64,000 nt of DNA, taken from assembly GCA_934097015.1 (NCBI GenBank), contig CAKONF010000001.1, positions 613 to 64,612 of the forward strand, in the 5' to 3' direction. The notes under the pieces were generated by a model. The model saw only the letters and a list, made by a program, of their open reading frames with translations. It did not search any database and was not told the origin of the DNA. Source of the DNA: an uncultured Bacilli bacterium (GTDB lineage: Bacteria; Bacillota_I; Bacilli_A; RF39; UBA660). Numbering within the stretch: position 1 is the first letter of the stretch; each line of letters opens with the position of its first letter. The translations under genes were made by a program, and so were the position numbers. This document shows, in pieces, positions 17,142 to 26,613 of this stretch.

Positions 17142-18395
17142 CTATTCATCTATTAGTTTTATGTCTGCTCCAACATTTGATAATTTATCTACTATATTTT
17201 CATATCCTCTTAAAATATGTTCTATGTTTGTTATTGTTGTTGTTCCTTTTGCAATCATTCCTGCTACCATCATTGAAGCACCAGCTCTTAAATCTGTTGC
17301 AACTACTTTTCTTCCTACAAGAGGGGTTTTTCCTTTTATAATTGCTGTTTTTTCAAATTGTCTTATACTTGCTCCCATTGCGTTTAAGTGTTTAATGTGT
17401 CTCATTCTATTTTCATAAATTGTTTCTTCAAATAATGACTCACCTTCACACTGTGTTAGTAATGTTGACATTGGTTGTCCTAAGTCAGTTGGAAAGCCTG
17501 GGTAAACTAATGTTTTTACGTTTACTGCCTTTAGATTTTCTGTACGACTAACATATATCTTTGAATCTTTTATAGTAAATTGTGCTCCAGTTTCTCTTAA
17601 TTTTGTTATAACAGATTCTAAATGTTCTTTAATTACTCCATCTATTATTAAATCTTTACCTAATAATATTCCTATCATTAAATAAGTTCCTGTTTCTATT
17701 CTATCTGGTATAACTTCTACAATACCATTATTTAATTCTTCTACACCTTCTATAGTTATTGAACTAGTACCTACTCCAGAGATACGTGCTCCCATTGAAT
17801 TTAAGAATGAAGCAACATTTACTATTTCTGGCTCTTTTGCAGCATTCCAAATATGTGTTGTACCTTTTGCAAGAACTGCTGCTAACATAATATTTACAGT
17901 AGCACCAACGCTAGCAAAATCTAAGTATATATCTGCACCATGTAGATTTTTTGCTTTTAAAGTATATGTAGTATCGTCTATTTCTACTGTTGCTCCCATT
18001 TTTTCAAATGCTGCTATGTGTAAATCTATTGGACGTGAACCTATAACACATCCTCCTGGATAAGATATTTTTGCTTCTCCATATTTACTTAATAATGCTC
18101 CCATAAAATAATATGATGCACGTATTGTTGAAGCATATTCTTTAGTTATTTCCGTATTTTTTACATTTTTATTATCTATTGTAATTTCATCGCCAGTATA
18201 TTCAACTTTAGAACCTAAAAGTTCTAGCATTTCAATAATTTTATGTACGTCACTAATATTTGGTACATTATATATTTTACAAATACTATTAGTAAGTACT
18301 GCTGCTGGTAATAATGCAACTACACTATTTTTTGCACCGCCAATTTTTATTGTTCCTGTTAGTAAATTACCTCCGTTTATAATTAATTTTTTCAA
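17142..18395 (-). CDS. murA: UDP-N-acetylglucosamine 1-carboxyvinyltransferase
   Basis: KLIINGGNLLTGTIKIGGAKNS, and CVIGSRPIDLH with the catalytic Cys. Start set to the TTG at 18395 preceded by AGGAG, which gives 417 aa. Confidence 0.9.
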   Translation of the reverse strand: MKKLIINGGNLLTGTIKIGGAKNSVVALLPAAVLTNSICKIYNVPNISDVHKIIEMLELLGSKVEYTGDEITIDNKNVKNTEITKEYASTIRASYYFMGALLSKYGEAKISYPGGCVIGSRPIDLHIAAFEKMGATVEIDDTTYTLKAKNLHGADIYLDFASVGATVNIMLAAVLAKGTTHIWNAAKEPEIVNVASFLNSMGARISGVGTSSITIEGVEELNNGIVEVIPDRIETGTYLMIGILLGKDLIIDGVIKEHLESVITKLRETGAQFTIKDSKIYVSRTENLKAVNVKTLVYPGFPTDLGQPMSTLLTQCEGESLFEETIYENRMRHIKHLNAMGASIRQFEKTAIIKGKTPLVGRKVVATDLRAGASMMVAGMIAKGTTTITNIEHILRGYENIVDKLSNVGADIKLIDE

Positions 18396-18488
18396 ACTAT
18401 CAACTCCTAAGTTAATGTGGATAAATAGATACATTTCCACATTTCTAATTAAATTATAGTTTATAAATTAAATATTATCAAATATTAT

Positions 18489-19031
18489 TTATAAACCTTT
18501 ACATAAAAAGCATAATCCTAATATAAAAAGTAATATGGTTCCTAAGAGATAAGAATATGTTTTTAATATTTTATTGATGTATTTTCCTAAAGTTAATCCT
18601 AAGAATGTAAATGAAAAACTACATATCATAAATATTGTACTTGATAATATTAAATTATTTGTTATCGCTCTTAAGCCTAACCCTATACTAAAACTATCTA
18701 ATGATACTCCAAAGGCAAAAAGAAATATTCCTGTTTTTGTTAGAGATATTTCTTTTTCTGATGGTTTTATATATTCTATAAACATTTGTAATGATATTAA
18801 AAGTAGTATTAAACCTAATAATATATCTGTGTTTATGTTAACTATATTATTTATAATATTTGATAAAAATACACCTAATAATGGCATAAAAAAGTGAAAT
18901 ATACCCACTGCTATACTAGTTATAGTACATTTTTTTACAGATGGATTTGTTAATCCTATTACTGTTGATACACTAAATGCATCTACGCTTAATGATACTC
19001 CTATAATTAATAATAATAGCAATTGTTTCAT
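18489..19031 (-). CDS. MntP/YtaF family (DUF204 x2) membrane protein, putative Mn efflux or sporulation membrane protein
   Basis: 180 aa, 6 TM, with duplicated motifs SLSVDAFSVS and GVSLDSFSIGLG. Confidence 0.65.
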   Translation of the reverse strand: MKQLLLLLIIGVSLSVDAFSVSTVIGLTNPSVKKCTITSIAVGIFHFFMPLLGVFLSNIINNIVNINTDILLGLILLLISLQMFIEYIKPSEKEISLTKTGIFLFAFGVSLDSFSIGLGLRAITNNLILSSTIFMICSFSFTFLGLTLGKYINKILKTYSYLLGTILLFILGLCFLCKGL

Positions 19032-19058
19032 ATTTTAATGCCTCCATACTAAATATTA

Positions 19059-19571
19059 TTATTTATAGTCGTTTAATATTTCTAAAACTTTGGATTTGTA
19101 TTCTACTTTGTCTGTATTATTTTCTTTTGTATCTATCATACATAATGGTGGAAATAATACACACCACCAATTATTTCCTTTTCCTTCACCTAAATTTATT
19201 ACTAATGATTCATAATTCCCTTCTTTGTAATTTATTCCATTTAATTCTTTTTGTGGAAAATAATTATTTCCGTATTTTATATTGTAATTATTTGAATTAG
19301 TTGTTGTACTAACTATGTTTTCTATTTCTGGTAAAGTAGATTTTATTTTGTTTCTTGCTATATTTATGTCTTTAGTATTATCTAATTTTTCATATAATTT
19401 AGATTCTACTTTTTCTTTTACTTTTAATTTTAGTACTTGGTCTTCTATATTATTACTGTTTGCTATTACTCTTATTCTTATAGAATTTTCTGGAATTAAT
19501 ATTTTATCATATTCTTTATTATAAACTAATATTGTTATTATTATTGATATTATAATTAATGCTTTTTTCAT
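19059..19571 (-). CDS. spoIIR: Stage II sporulation protein R
   Basis: N-terminal TM, then IRIRVIANSNNIEDQVLKLKVKEKV and GEGKGNNWWCVLFPPLC. Confidence 0.8.
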   Translation of the reverse strand: MKKALIIISIIITILVYNKEYDKILIPENSIRIRVIANSNNIEDQVLKLKVKEKVESKLYEKLDNTKDINIARNKIKSTLPEIENIVSTTTNSNNYNIKYGNNYFPQKELNGINYKEGNYESLVINLGEGKGNNWWCVLFPPLCMIDTKENNTDKVEYKSKVLEILNDYK

Positions 19572-19618
19572 TTAAAAACACAACCTTTCAATAATTATAT
19601 GGGCTGTGTTTTATTATT

Positions 19619-20350
19619 TTATTCATTTATTATAAATAAGTATCTATCTCTTCCAGATAAATCTCGTTCTAATTTTATTTTTGCTTTAGGAAAGAAATCT
19701 TTTGCTAATTTTTTTAAATCTTTTCCTTGTTTATCTCCTATTTCAAATGCTATAAGATTTTTTTTATTAAGATAATTAGAGCATGAACTCATAATATATC
19801 TATAGTATTTTAATCCATCATTTGTAAATATAGCTTTTTTAGGTTCATATTTTATGTTTGGAGATATTTCATCATCTTCTGTTATATAAGGTGGATTAGA
19901 TATTAATATATCATATTTGTTTACTGGTTTAAATTTGAATATATTTTCTTTTATGAAGTTTATATCTGCTTTATTATTTTTTGCATTTTTTCTAGCAAGT
20001 TTTAATGCTTTGTTTGATATATCTAACCCAGTTATATTTAAAGTTTCTAATTCCTTTTTTAATACTATACTAATACATCCTGAACCAGTTCCTAAATCTA
20101 TTAAAGAACCATTTTCTAATTTTAATTTTTTTATGTATTCTATTGTTTTTTCTACTAAAGTTTCTGTTTCAAAACGAGGTATTAATACATGTTTATTTAC
20201 ATTTATATTGTATCCATAGAAGTTTACGTTTCCAATTAAGTATTGTACTGGATAATTTTTATTTAATTTTTTTACTACTTTGTTTAGATTTTTATACTTT
20301 GCTTTTAAGAGTTTCCAATCATTTGTAGTAATACTCTCAGGTTTTTCCAT
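19619..20350 (-). CDS. prmC: Release-factor glutamine N5-methyltransferase
   Basis: DLGTGSGCISI SAM motif and NPPY. It lies immediately downstream of prfA, sharing one base. Confidence 0.85.
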   Translation of the reverse strand: MEKPESITTNDWKLLKAKYKNLNKVVKKLNKNYPVQYLIGNVNFYGYNINVNKHVLIPRFETETLVEKTIEYIKKLKLENGSLIDLGTGSGCISIVLKKELETLNITGLDISNKALKLARKNAKNNKADINFIKENIFKFKPVNKYDILISNPPYITEDDEISPNIKYEPKKAIFTNDGLKYYRYIMSSCSNYLNKKNLIAFEIGDKQGKDLKKLAKDFFPKAKIKLERDLSGRDRYLFIINE

Positions 20351-21405
20351 TATTTACCTTCTAACTTCATTCTTTGGTCTTCAGTAATTAATGCGTTTAT
20401 TATTTCGTCTAAGTTGCCTTCCATAACTTTATCTAAATTCATTACTGAAAAATTTATTCTATGGTCTGTGACTCTATTTTGTGGATAATTATATGTTCTT
20501 ATCTTTTCTGACCTATCCCCAGTACCAATCTTACTACGTCTTTCTTTTCCTTCTTCTTCTAATTGTTCTTGTAGCATTTTATCATATAATCTTGCTTTTA
20601 ATATTTTTATTGCAATTTCTTTATTTTTTATTTGACTTCTTTCTGTTTGTGAATAAACTATAATTCCTGTAGGAATATGTGTTAGTCTTACAGCTGAATC
20701 TGTTGTATTTACACCTTGTCCACCACATCCACTACTTCTAGTAATATCTACTCTTACTTCATTCATGTCTAGTTCAAAATCTATGTCATCTGGTTCTGGC
20801 ATTACTAATACAGTTGCAGTTGATGTATGAACTCTGCCTTGTGTTTCAGTTGCTGGTACTCTTTGTACTCTATGTGAACCACTTTCCCATTTTAATTTAG
20901 AGTAAACATTTTCACCTTTTACACTAAATTCTATTTGTGAATAACCACCACTTGTTCCTGGTTCTTCGTTTGATATTTCTATTTTCCAACCATTTTTTTC
21001 TGCATACTTAGAGTACATTCTGAATAAATCTCCTGCAAATATATTTGCTTCGTCTCCTCCAGCTGCTCCTCTAATTTCCATTATAATATTTTTACCATCA
21101 TTTTCATCTTTTGGTATTAATAATAATTCTAACTCTTTAACAAGATTTTCTTTTTTAATTTCATTACTTTCCAATTCTTCACTAACTAAATCTGCCATTT
21201 CTGGATCGTTAGACATTTCTTTTAATCCTTTAATTTCTTCTTCTGTTTTAATTAGTTCTTCATATTTTTTTACAGTTATTTCTAAATCACTATGCTCTTT
21301 AGAAAGTTTTTTTAACATACTGTAATCACTCATTATTTCTGGATTTTGTAATTCACTCTCTAGTTCATTATATCTTGCTTTAATTAATTCTAATCTTTCT
21401 ATCAT
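20350..21405 (-). CDS. prfA: Peptide chain release factor 1
   Basis: PATETQGRVHTS (PxT tripeptide) and SGCGGQGVNTTDSAVR (GGQ). Confidence 0.95.
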   Translation of the reverse strand: MIERLELIKARYNELESELQNPEIMSDYSMLKKLSKEHSDLEITVKKYEELIKTEEEIKGLKEMSNDPEMADLVSEELESNEIKKENLVKELELLLIPKDENDGKNIIMEIRGAAGGDEANIFAGDLFRMYSKYAEKNGWKIEISNEEPGTSGGYSQIEFSVKGENVYSKLKWESGSHRVQRVPATETQGRVHTSTATVLVMPEPDDIDFELDMNEVRVDITRSSGCGGQGVNTTDSAVRLTHIPTGIIVYSQTERSQIKNKEIAIKILKARLYDKMLQEQLEEEGKERRSKIGTGDRSEKIRTYNYPQNRVTDHRINFSVMNLDKVMEGNLDEIINALITEDQRMKLEGK

Positions 21406-21420
21406 GAGTTTTACCTCCTT

Positions 21421-21855
21421 TTAAACTATTTCATTTTCTTCTGATTCATCCATTACAACTAAATCTTTTAAATCATCTTCAGTTTCATCGTCATCAATTA
21501 TTTCTTCATCATAATTAATTTCTTCTTCTTTTTCTTCCTCTTCTTCAACATCTCTGTCTTCGATTACTTCTTCTTCATCATCATCTTCATCTATAATTAA
21601 TTTAGTTTTATGATTAATTTTTAAATCCCAATAACCTTTTTCTAACATAATAAATCTTTTATCAGTAGATAATAATTCAAAGAAATCTGCTAAATGATCT
21701 TCAAAAGCACTTTCAGGTAAATTCATAATTCTAATAACTTCTTTGAATAAATCTTGAATTTTCATTTTCTTTTCTCTATGTTCTAATACCTTATAAGCAA
21801 CATCGTCATAAGACATACTTAATAATTCTTCTTCACTTAAATTTAATGATTTCAT
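21421..21855 (-). CDS. rpoE: RNA polymerase delta subunit
   Basis: N-terminal SYDDVAYKVLEHREKKMKIQDLFKEV...FFELLSTDKRFIMLEKGYWDL followed by a long Asp/Glu tail. Confidence 0.8.
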   Translation of the reverse strand: MKSLNLSEEELLSMSYDDVAYKVLEHREKKMKIQDLFKEVIRIMNLPESAFEDHLADFFELLSTDKRFIMLEKGYWDLKINHKTKLIIDEDDDEEEVIEDRDVEEEEEKEEEINYDEEIIDDDETEDDLKDLVVMDESEENEIV

Positions 21856-21931
21856 ATTATTTCCTCCATAACTAAATACATTTATGTATTTAAAACAAAT
21901 AGAATTATATCATAATACATATGATTGTCAA

Positions 21932-22309
21932 CTATTTTTTTATATATTCCATTCTTATTATATTAATACAATTTTCTTCTGTTTCTATTTTGTACTTAAT
22001 TTCTATAAAATTTTCTTTATTTTCAATATTTAATAAAGACATATTAACTAATAAATTATTATTATACTCTTTTAAAAATATATTACATTGTTCTTTATTA
22101 AAATCTAATTCTATTAATTCATTATCTGTTTCTTTAGTTAATATATTATTATTAAATATATATTTTATACCATCTAACTTAAATATTAATTTATTATTTT
22201 GATTAATACATTTAATATCATTTTCATTTATTATAATATTATTATCTTTTTTTAATATAAAATTTAATTTATTCATATATATCTTTTCCTTTGGGTATAA
22301 TTTTATCAT
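21932..22309 (-). CDS. Hypothetical protein (possibly DUF1934/YwiB-like)
   Basis: 125 aa with an alternating beta-like pattern. The real start may be the internal MNKLNF. It competes with antisense ORF 21921..22202. Confidence 0.35.
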   Translation of the reverse strand: MIKLYPKEKIYMNKLNFILKKDNNIIINENDIKCINQNNKLIFKLDGIKYIFNNNILTKETDNELIELDFNKEQCNIFLKEYNNNLLVNMSLLNIENKENFIEIKYKIETEENCINIIRMEYIKK

Positions 22310-22372
22310 ATTATTTATTAAATATCACTTATAAATTATATTTTTTTTTACATAATATTTTTAGGTGGAAAT

Positions 22373-24283
22373 ATGAAACATATTAAATTTACTTTTAAAA
22401 TATTTGTATTTTTATTTATATCATTTGTTGTTTCTATGTCATTACTATATGCATATGCTTATTTAAGTGATGGTATAGATATTAAAACTAGCAACTCATT
22501 CTATATATATGATAAAGATGAAAAATTAGTTTATTTGGGTAGTAGTAATAGTGAATGGGTAGATATAGAAAACGTTAGTCCTTACTTTTTAGATGCTATT
22601 ATTAGTACTGAAGATAAATATTTTTATAAACATATGGGTTTTGATTATTTACGTATTGCTAAGTCTTTATATACTAATTTTAAGAATGGTTATATATCAC
22701 AAGGTGGTAGTACTATAAGTCAACAGTATGTAAAGAATATGTATTTAGATTTTGATAAAACTTGGGAGAGAAAGATACAGGAAGCATTTTTAACTTTGAA
22801 GTTGGAAACACATTATAGTAAAGATGATATATTACAGGGTTATATTAATACTATTAATTTTGGGCAAGGATGTTATGGTATAAGTGATGCTAGTAAGTAT
22901 TATTTTAATAAAAAACCTAGTGAACTTAGTTTAGAGGAGGCTATAATACTAGCTGGTATACCAAAGTCGCCTAATAATTATAATCCGGTTAGTAGCTATG
23001 AAAAGGCTATTAAAAGAGGTAAGATAGTTGCTGAATGTATGCTTAATAATGGTAAAATAGATAAAAAAACTTATGATAATTTGTTTAAAAATAAGTTAGA
23101 GATTTATGCTAAAAGTGATTTAAATAATTTACAAACTTTAATGTATTATCAAGATGCTGTTATGGATGAGTTAAAAAGTTTAAATGGTATTCCTGATAGT
23201 TTAATAGATTCTGGTGGTCTAAAAGTTTATACTAACTTAGATATGGATATACAAAGCAATTTGGATAAATCTATTGTTGATAATATGACTAATGATGATG
23301 TTGAGGTTGCTAGTGTTATTATTGAACCTGATACTGGTAAGATCAGAGCATTGGCTGGTGGTAAAGATTATAAGAAAAGTCAATTTAATAGAGTTGTTAA
23401 ATCTAAAAGACAAGTTGGTTCTACTATAAAACCTTTTCTGTATTACACTGCGTTAGAAAATAATATGACTAGTTCTTCTACTTTTACTAGTGAAAAAACT
23501 GATTTTGTGTTTTCTAATAATAAAACATATAGTCCTACTAATTATGCTAATAAGTATGCTAATGGAGATATTACTATGGCTGCAGCACTTGCGTATAGTG
23601 ATAATATATATGCTGTTAAAACTCATCTATTTTTGGGTGAAGATAAGTTAGTTGATACTATGAAAACTGTTGGTTTAAAAACTAAATTAGTACCTATACC
23701 ATCTTTAGCACTCGGTAGCAAAGAAATAAATATGTTAGATTATGCAGTTGCTTATAATACATTAGCTAGTGGTGGCTACAAAGGTGATGTTTATTTAATA
23801 GATAGAGTTGAAGATTTACAGGGAAATGTTTTATATAAACATAAACAAAAAAGAGAATTAGTTTTAAATACGAATTCTTTATATATATTAAATGAAATGA
23901 TGAGTAATTCTTATAATTCTAAATTTATTAGCTACAACTCTCCTACTGCATTATCTATAAGTGATAAGTTAACAAAAAAATATGCTATTAAAAGTGGTTC
24001 AACTAATAATGATTATTGGTTAATTGGTTATAATCCAGATATATTAATGATGGTATGGACTGGTAATGATAATAATAAGGAAGTTGAAGCAAATTATTCT
24101 AAAATTAGTAAAACTATATGGGCTGATACCGTGGAGTCTAGTTTAAAAGATAAAGAAGAAAGATGGTATACTAAACCGCAAAATGTTGATGCTGTTATAT
24201 TAGACCCTGTTAGTGGTAAGTATACTAGTGATAGTAAAGGTAGTTTATTTTATTTCTTGAAAGGTACTGAGCCTGTAAATTAA
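22373..24283 (+). CDS. Class A penicillin-binding protein (glycosyltransferase GT51 + transpeptidase)
   Basis: N-terminal TM. GT51 motifs EDKYFYKHMGFD and GGSTISQQYVKN. Transpeptidase motifs STIKP (SxxK), SDN and KSGST. Confidence 0.85.
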   Translation: MKHIKFTFKIFVFLFISFVVSMSLLYAYAYLSDGIDIKTSNSFYIYDKDEKLVYLGSSNSEWVDIENVSPYFLDAIISTEDKYFYKHMGFDYLRIAKSLYTNFKNGYISQGGSTISQQYVKNMYLDFDKTWERKIQEAFLTLKLETHYSKDDILQGYINTINFGQGCYGISDASKYYFNKKPSELSLEEAIILAGIPKSPNNYNPVSSYEKAIKRGKIVAECMLNNGKIDKKTYDNLFKNKLEIYAKSDLNNLQTLMYYQDAVMDELKSLNGIPDSLIDSGGLKVYTNLDMDIQSNLDKSIVDNMTNDDVEVASVIIEPDTGKIRALAGGKDYKKSQFNRVVKSKRQVGSTIKPFLYYTALENNMTSSSTFTSEKTDFVFSNNKTYSPTNYANKYANGDITMAAALAYSDNIYAVKTHLFLGEDKLVDTMKTVGLKTKLVPIPSLALGSKEINMLDYAVAYNTLASGGYKGDVYLIDRVEDLQGNVLYKHKQKRELVLNTNSLYILNEMMSNSYNSKFISYNSPTALSISDKLTKKYAIKSGSTNNDYWLIGYNPDILMMVWTGNDNNKEVEANYSKISKTIWADTVESSLKDKEERWYTKPQNVDAVILDPVSGKYTSDSKGSLFYFLKGTEPVN

Positions 24284-24295
24284 ATTTTTGCAAAA

Positions 24296-24330
24296 GAAAA
24301 GTGGATAACTTAGGTGTTTTCCACTTTTTT
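24296..24330 (+). terminator. Hairpin terminator after the PBP gene carrying DnaA-box-like arms
   Basis: AAAGTGGATAActtaggtgTTTTCCACTTT followed by a T-run. It is a near duplicate of the hairpin at 24767-24802. Confidence 0.7.
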
Positions 24331-24469
24331 TATACTATTTTCAATTGTTAATATATTTTTTGTCCTTTAATTATTTTGTTTACAATTATAAATGTAAACT
24401 AATATCCGTGCTTATAGTACGATACAATTATGTTTGACTTTACGATATTCTATATGTTATTATTTTATT

Positions 24470-24552
24470 AAGTAGAACGTCCACCCCCTGTAGGTTGGAT
24501 GTCTACCCTGAGGGATAGCATCCGTCCTAACTGAGTGGCGGATGTTTTTGTT
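24470..24552 (+). ncRNA. Candidate small RNA B (C-rich loop, paralogue of RNA A)
   Basis: TTGACT (24434-24439), 18 nt, TGtTATTAT (24455-24463). Stem ACGTCCA/TGGATGT encloses CCCCCTGTAGG, then stem CTACCCT/AGGGATAG, then terminator CATCCG..CGGATG plus a T-run. Confidence 0.45.
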
Positions 24553-24562
24553 TTGATTTAAT

Positions 24563-24637
24563 TTAATCTTTGTTAAGAATATTTAATATCAAAATTATGA
24601 TAATTCTGTTTATTAATTGTTTTAAATTTTTAAACAT
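24563..24637 (-). CDS. Possible 24-aa hydrophobic peptide (type I toxin-like candidate)
   Basis: GAGGTGG, 4 nt (TAAT), then ATG. Translation MFKNLKQLINRIIIILILNILNKD. It is convergent with RNA B, and its stop lies about 10 nt from the RNA B 3' end. In an AT-rich genome such an ORF can arise by chance. Confidence 0.25.
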   Translation of the reverse strand: MFKNLKQLINRIIIILILNILNKD

Positions 24638-24766
24638 ATTACCACCTCACTTCTTATTCTTTGCTAGAATCAGTTAGTAAGGTAAACACCAACCTGGACG
24701 TTCGGTTAGTTATATTAAAGTTTTTTGAAATAAAAATAAAGTCTTTCGACAAAACTTGTCAAAAAA

Positions 24767-24802
24767 ATAAAGTGGATAAGTATTAAGTTTTCCACTTTAT
24801 TT
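24767..24802. terminator. Second copy of the GTGGATAA/TTCCAC hairpin (overlaps the noc stop)
   Basis: AAAGTGGATAAgtattaagTTTTCCACTTT. The arms are identical to the 24296 hairpin and the loop differs. Confidence 0.6.
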
Positions 24803-25813
24803 TTCTATTTTTATAATTATTTGATATAAATCTTCAAAATCATAATCTTCAGTTTCTATTTGGAAACCGGCGTCACTAATTTCTTGTTCTATATCTTTTA
24901 AAGAATTTATTACTGAATTTAAGTCACCTTTTACTATTCTTTTTTGAGTTTTTGTTTCTTTTGGTTCTTCGACTTTAGTTTCTACTGGTTTAGATTCTTC
25001 TGCTGTTGGTATATCAAATATTTCATATTGATTTTGCAATTGTTTTTTAGAATCCATTATTAGTTTTGCAATGTCTTCACTTTCTAAATCTGTGTTATCT
25101 TCATTATCACTAAATGACATATCTAAAGTTTCTATTTGATTTAATAAATCTTTATTTTCTTCATTATTTAAAATATTAAATCTAGATGTAGGTTCTTCTG
25201 GTGCTGGTTCATTTAATTTTTTTATTTCATTATCTAATTGTCTTACTGTTAATCTGTTTTCTATTATTTTATTTAACATATCTATTTGGTCTTGTGGATT
25301 AGATAGTGACAATAAACTTCTTGCATGTCTTTCTGATATTTTTTCTGACATTAATGCATCTTGTACTTCATCTGTCAAATTCAATAATCTTACTTTATTT
25401 GCTACTGAAGATTGTGAAATACCTAATCTTTTTGCTAATTGATCTTGAGTTAAATATCCTCTATCTAATAGTTTTTTATAAGATTTTGCTTCTTCTATTG
25501 CAGAAAGATTTCTTCTTTGTAAATTTTCTACTAGCGCTACTTCTGCTGAAGTGTTATCATCTAAATCTGCTATTATTGCTGGTACTTTATTTAATCCCGC
25601 TATTTGACTTGCTTTATATCTTCTTTCTCCTGCAATTATTTCATATTTATCATTAGATAATTTCCTTAAGACTAATGGTTGTATAATACCGTGTTCTTTT
25701 ATAGATGATGCTAAATCTTTTAAAGCATTTTCATCAAAAGTTAGTCTTGGTTGAAATCTATTTGGAATTATATTTTCTACATTTATATATTGTATGTTTG
25801 GTTCTAAATTCAT
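24797..25813 (-). CDS. noc: ParB-family protein of the Noc (nucleoid occlusion) type
   Basis: PNRFQPR, IAGERRYKAS. The HTH region LGISQSSVANKVRLLNLTDEVQDALMSEKISERHARSLL is close to B. subtilis Noc (GQSTIANKLRLLKL...EKKITERHARAL) and unlike Spo0J (SRPHIANHLRLL...AGHGR). The C-terminus GFQIETEDYDFEDLYQIIIKIEK resembles the Noc tail. It is the first gene after rsmG, as noc is in Bacillus. Confidence 0.75.
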   Translation of the reverse strand: MNLEPNIQYINVENIIPNRFQPRLTFDENALKDLASSIKEHGIIQPLVLRKLSNDKYEIIAGERRYKASQIAGLNKVPAIIADLDDNTSAEVALVENLQRRNLSAIEEAKSYKKLLDRGYLTQDQLAKRLGISQSSVANKVRLLNLTDEVQDALMSEKISERHARSLLSLSNPQDQIDMLNKIIENRLTVRQLDNEIKKLNEPAPEEPTSRFNILNNEENKDLLNQIETLDMSFSDNEDNTDLESEDIAKLIMDSKKQLQNQYEIFDIPTAEESKPVETKVEEPKETKTQKRIVKGDLNSVINSLKDIEQEISDAGFQIETEDYDFEDLYQIIIKIEK

Positions 25814-25908
25814 TTGCCCCTACTCCTATTCTATTAATAATAATACTTTATTTTTATATATTTTTCAAGTAGTTTGTAGTTAATTTAATTAAAAAATAGT
25901 CTCTAAAT

Positions 25909-26613
25909 TTATAGAGGCTTTTTTATAATTTGACTATAATTTCTTGGATATTTTGGATTTGTTTTATTTATTTTTTTTATTAATATAAAGTTTCTTATAC
26001 CAGTATTGTTTGGTAAGTTTATATTAATTGTTTTAATATATTCTGCTCCTAGTACTTTAATTCCATTTTTGCTATTATTTAATTCTTCTTCGTAGTCAGA
26101 TTTCATTGCTATAAAATATCCATTTTGTTTAACATAAGGTATGGATAATTCTATAAGTACTGGAAGATTTTTTACTGCTCTTGCAGATACAATATCAAAG
26201 TATTCTCTTTTTTCTATTATATATTCTTCTGCTCTTTTATTTACTATTTCTACATTATCTAATTCTAATAGCATTGATAGACTTTCACAAAATTTAGTTT
26301 TTTTGTTATTTGAATCTAATAAAGTTAATTTTATGTTTGGAAATAGTATTTTTATAACTATACCTGGAAAACCAGCTCCGCATCCTATGTCTAACATAGT
26401 ATCAATATTATTAAAATTTATTGTTTTTGTTAAAAGACATGAATCGTAGAAATGTTTTAAATATACATCTTCTTTAGTTGTAATCGATGTTAAGTTTGTA
26501 TGTTTGTTATATTCTATTAAATATTCATAATATATTTTGAATTTGTTAATTTGATTATGTGTTAATATTATGTCAATCTTTTTTAATTCATTTATAAATT
26601 CTGTCTCATTCAT
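25909..26613 (-). CDS. rsmG: 16S rRNA (guanine527-N7)-methyltransferase
   Basis: Position after mnmG, DIGCGAGFPGI SAM motif, and size typical of GidB. Confidence 0.9.
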   Translation of the reverse strand: MNETEFINELKKIDIILTHNQINKFKIYYEYLIEYNKHTNLTSITTKEDVYLKHFYDSCLLTKTINFNNIDTMLDIGCGAGFPGIVIKILFPNIKLTLLDSNNKKTKFCESLSMLLELDNVEIVNKRAEEYIIEKREYFDIVSARAVKNLPVLIELSIPYVKQNGYFIAMKSDYEEELNNSKNGIKVLGAEYIKTININLPNNTGIRNFILIKKINKTNPKYPRNYSQIIKKPL

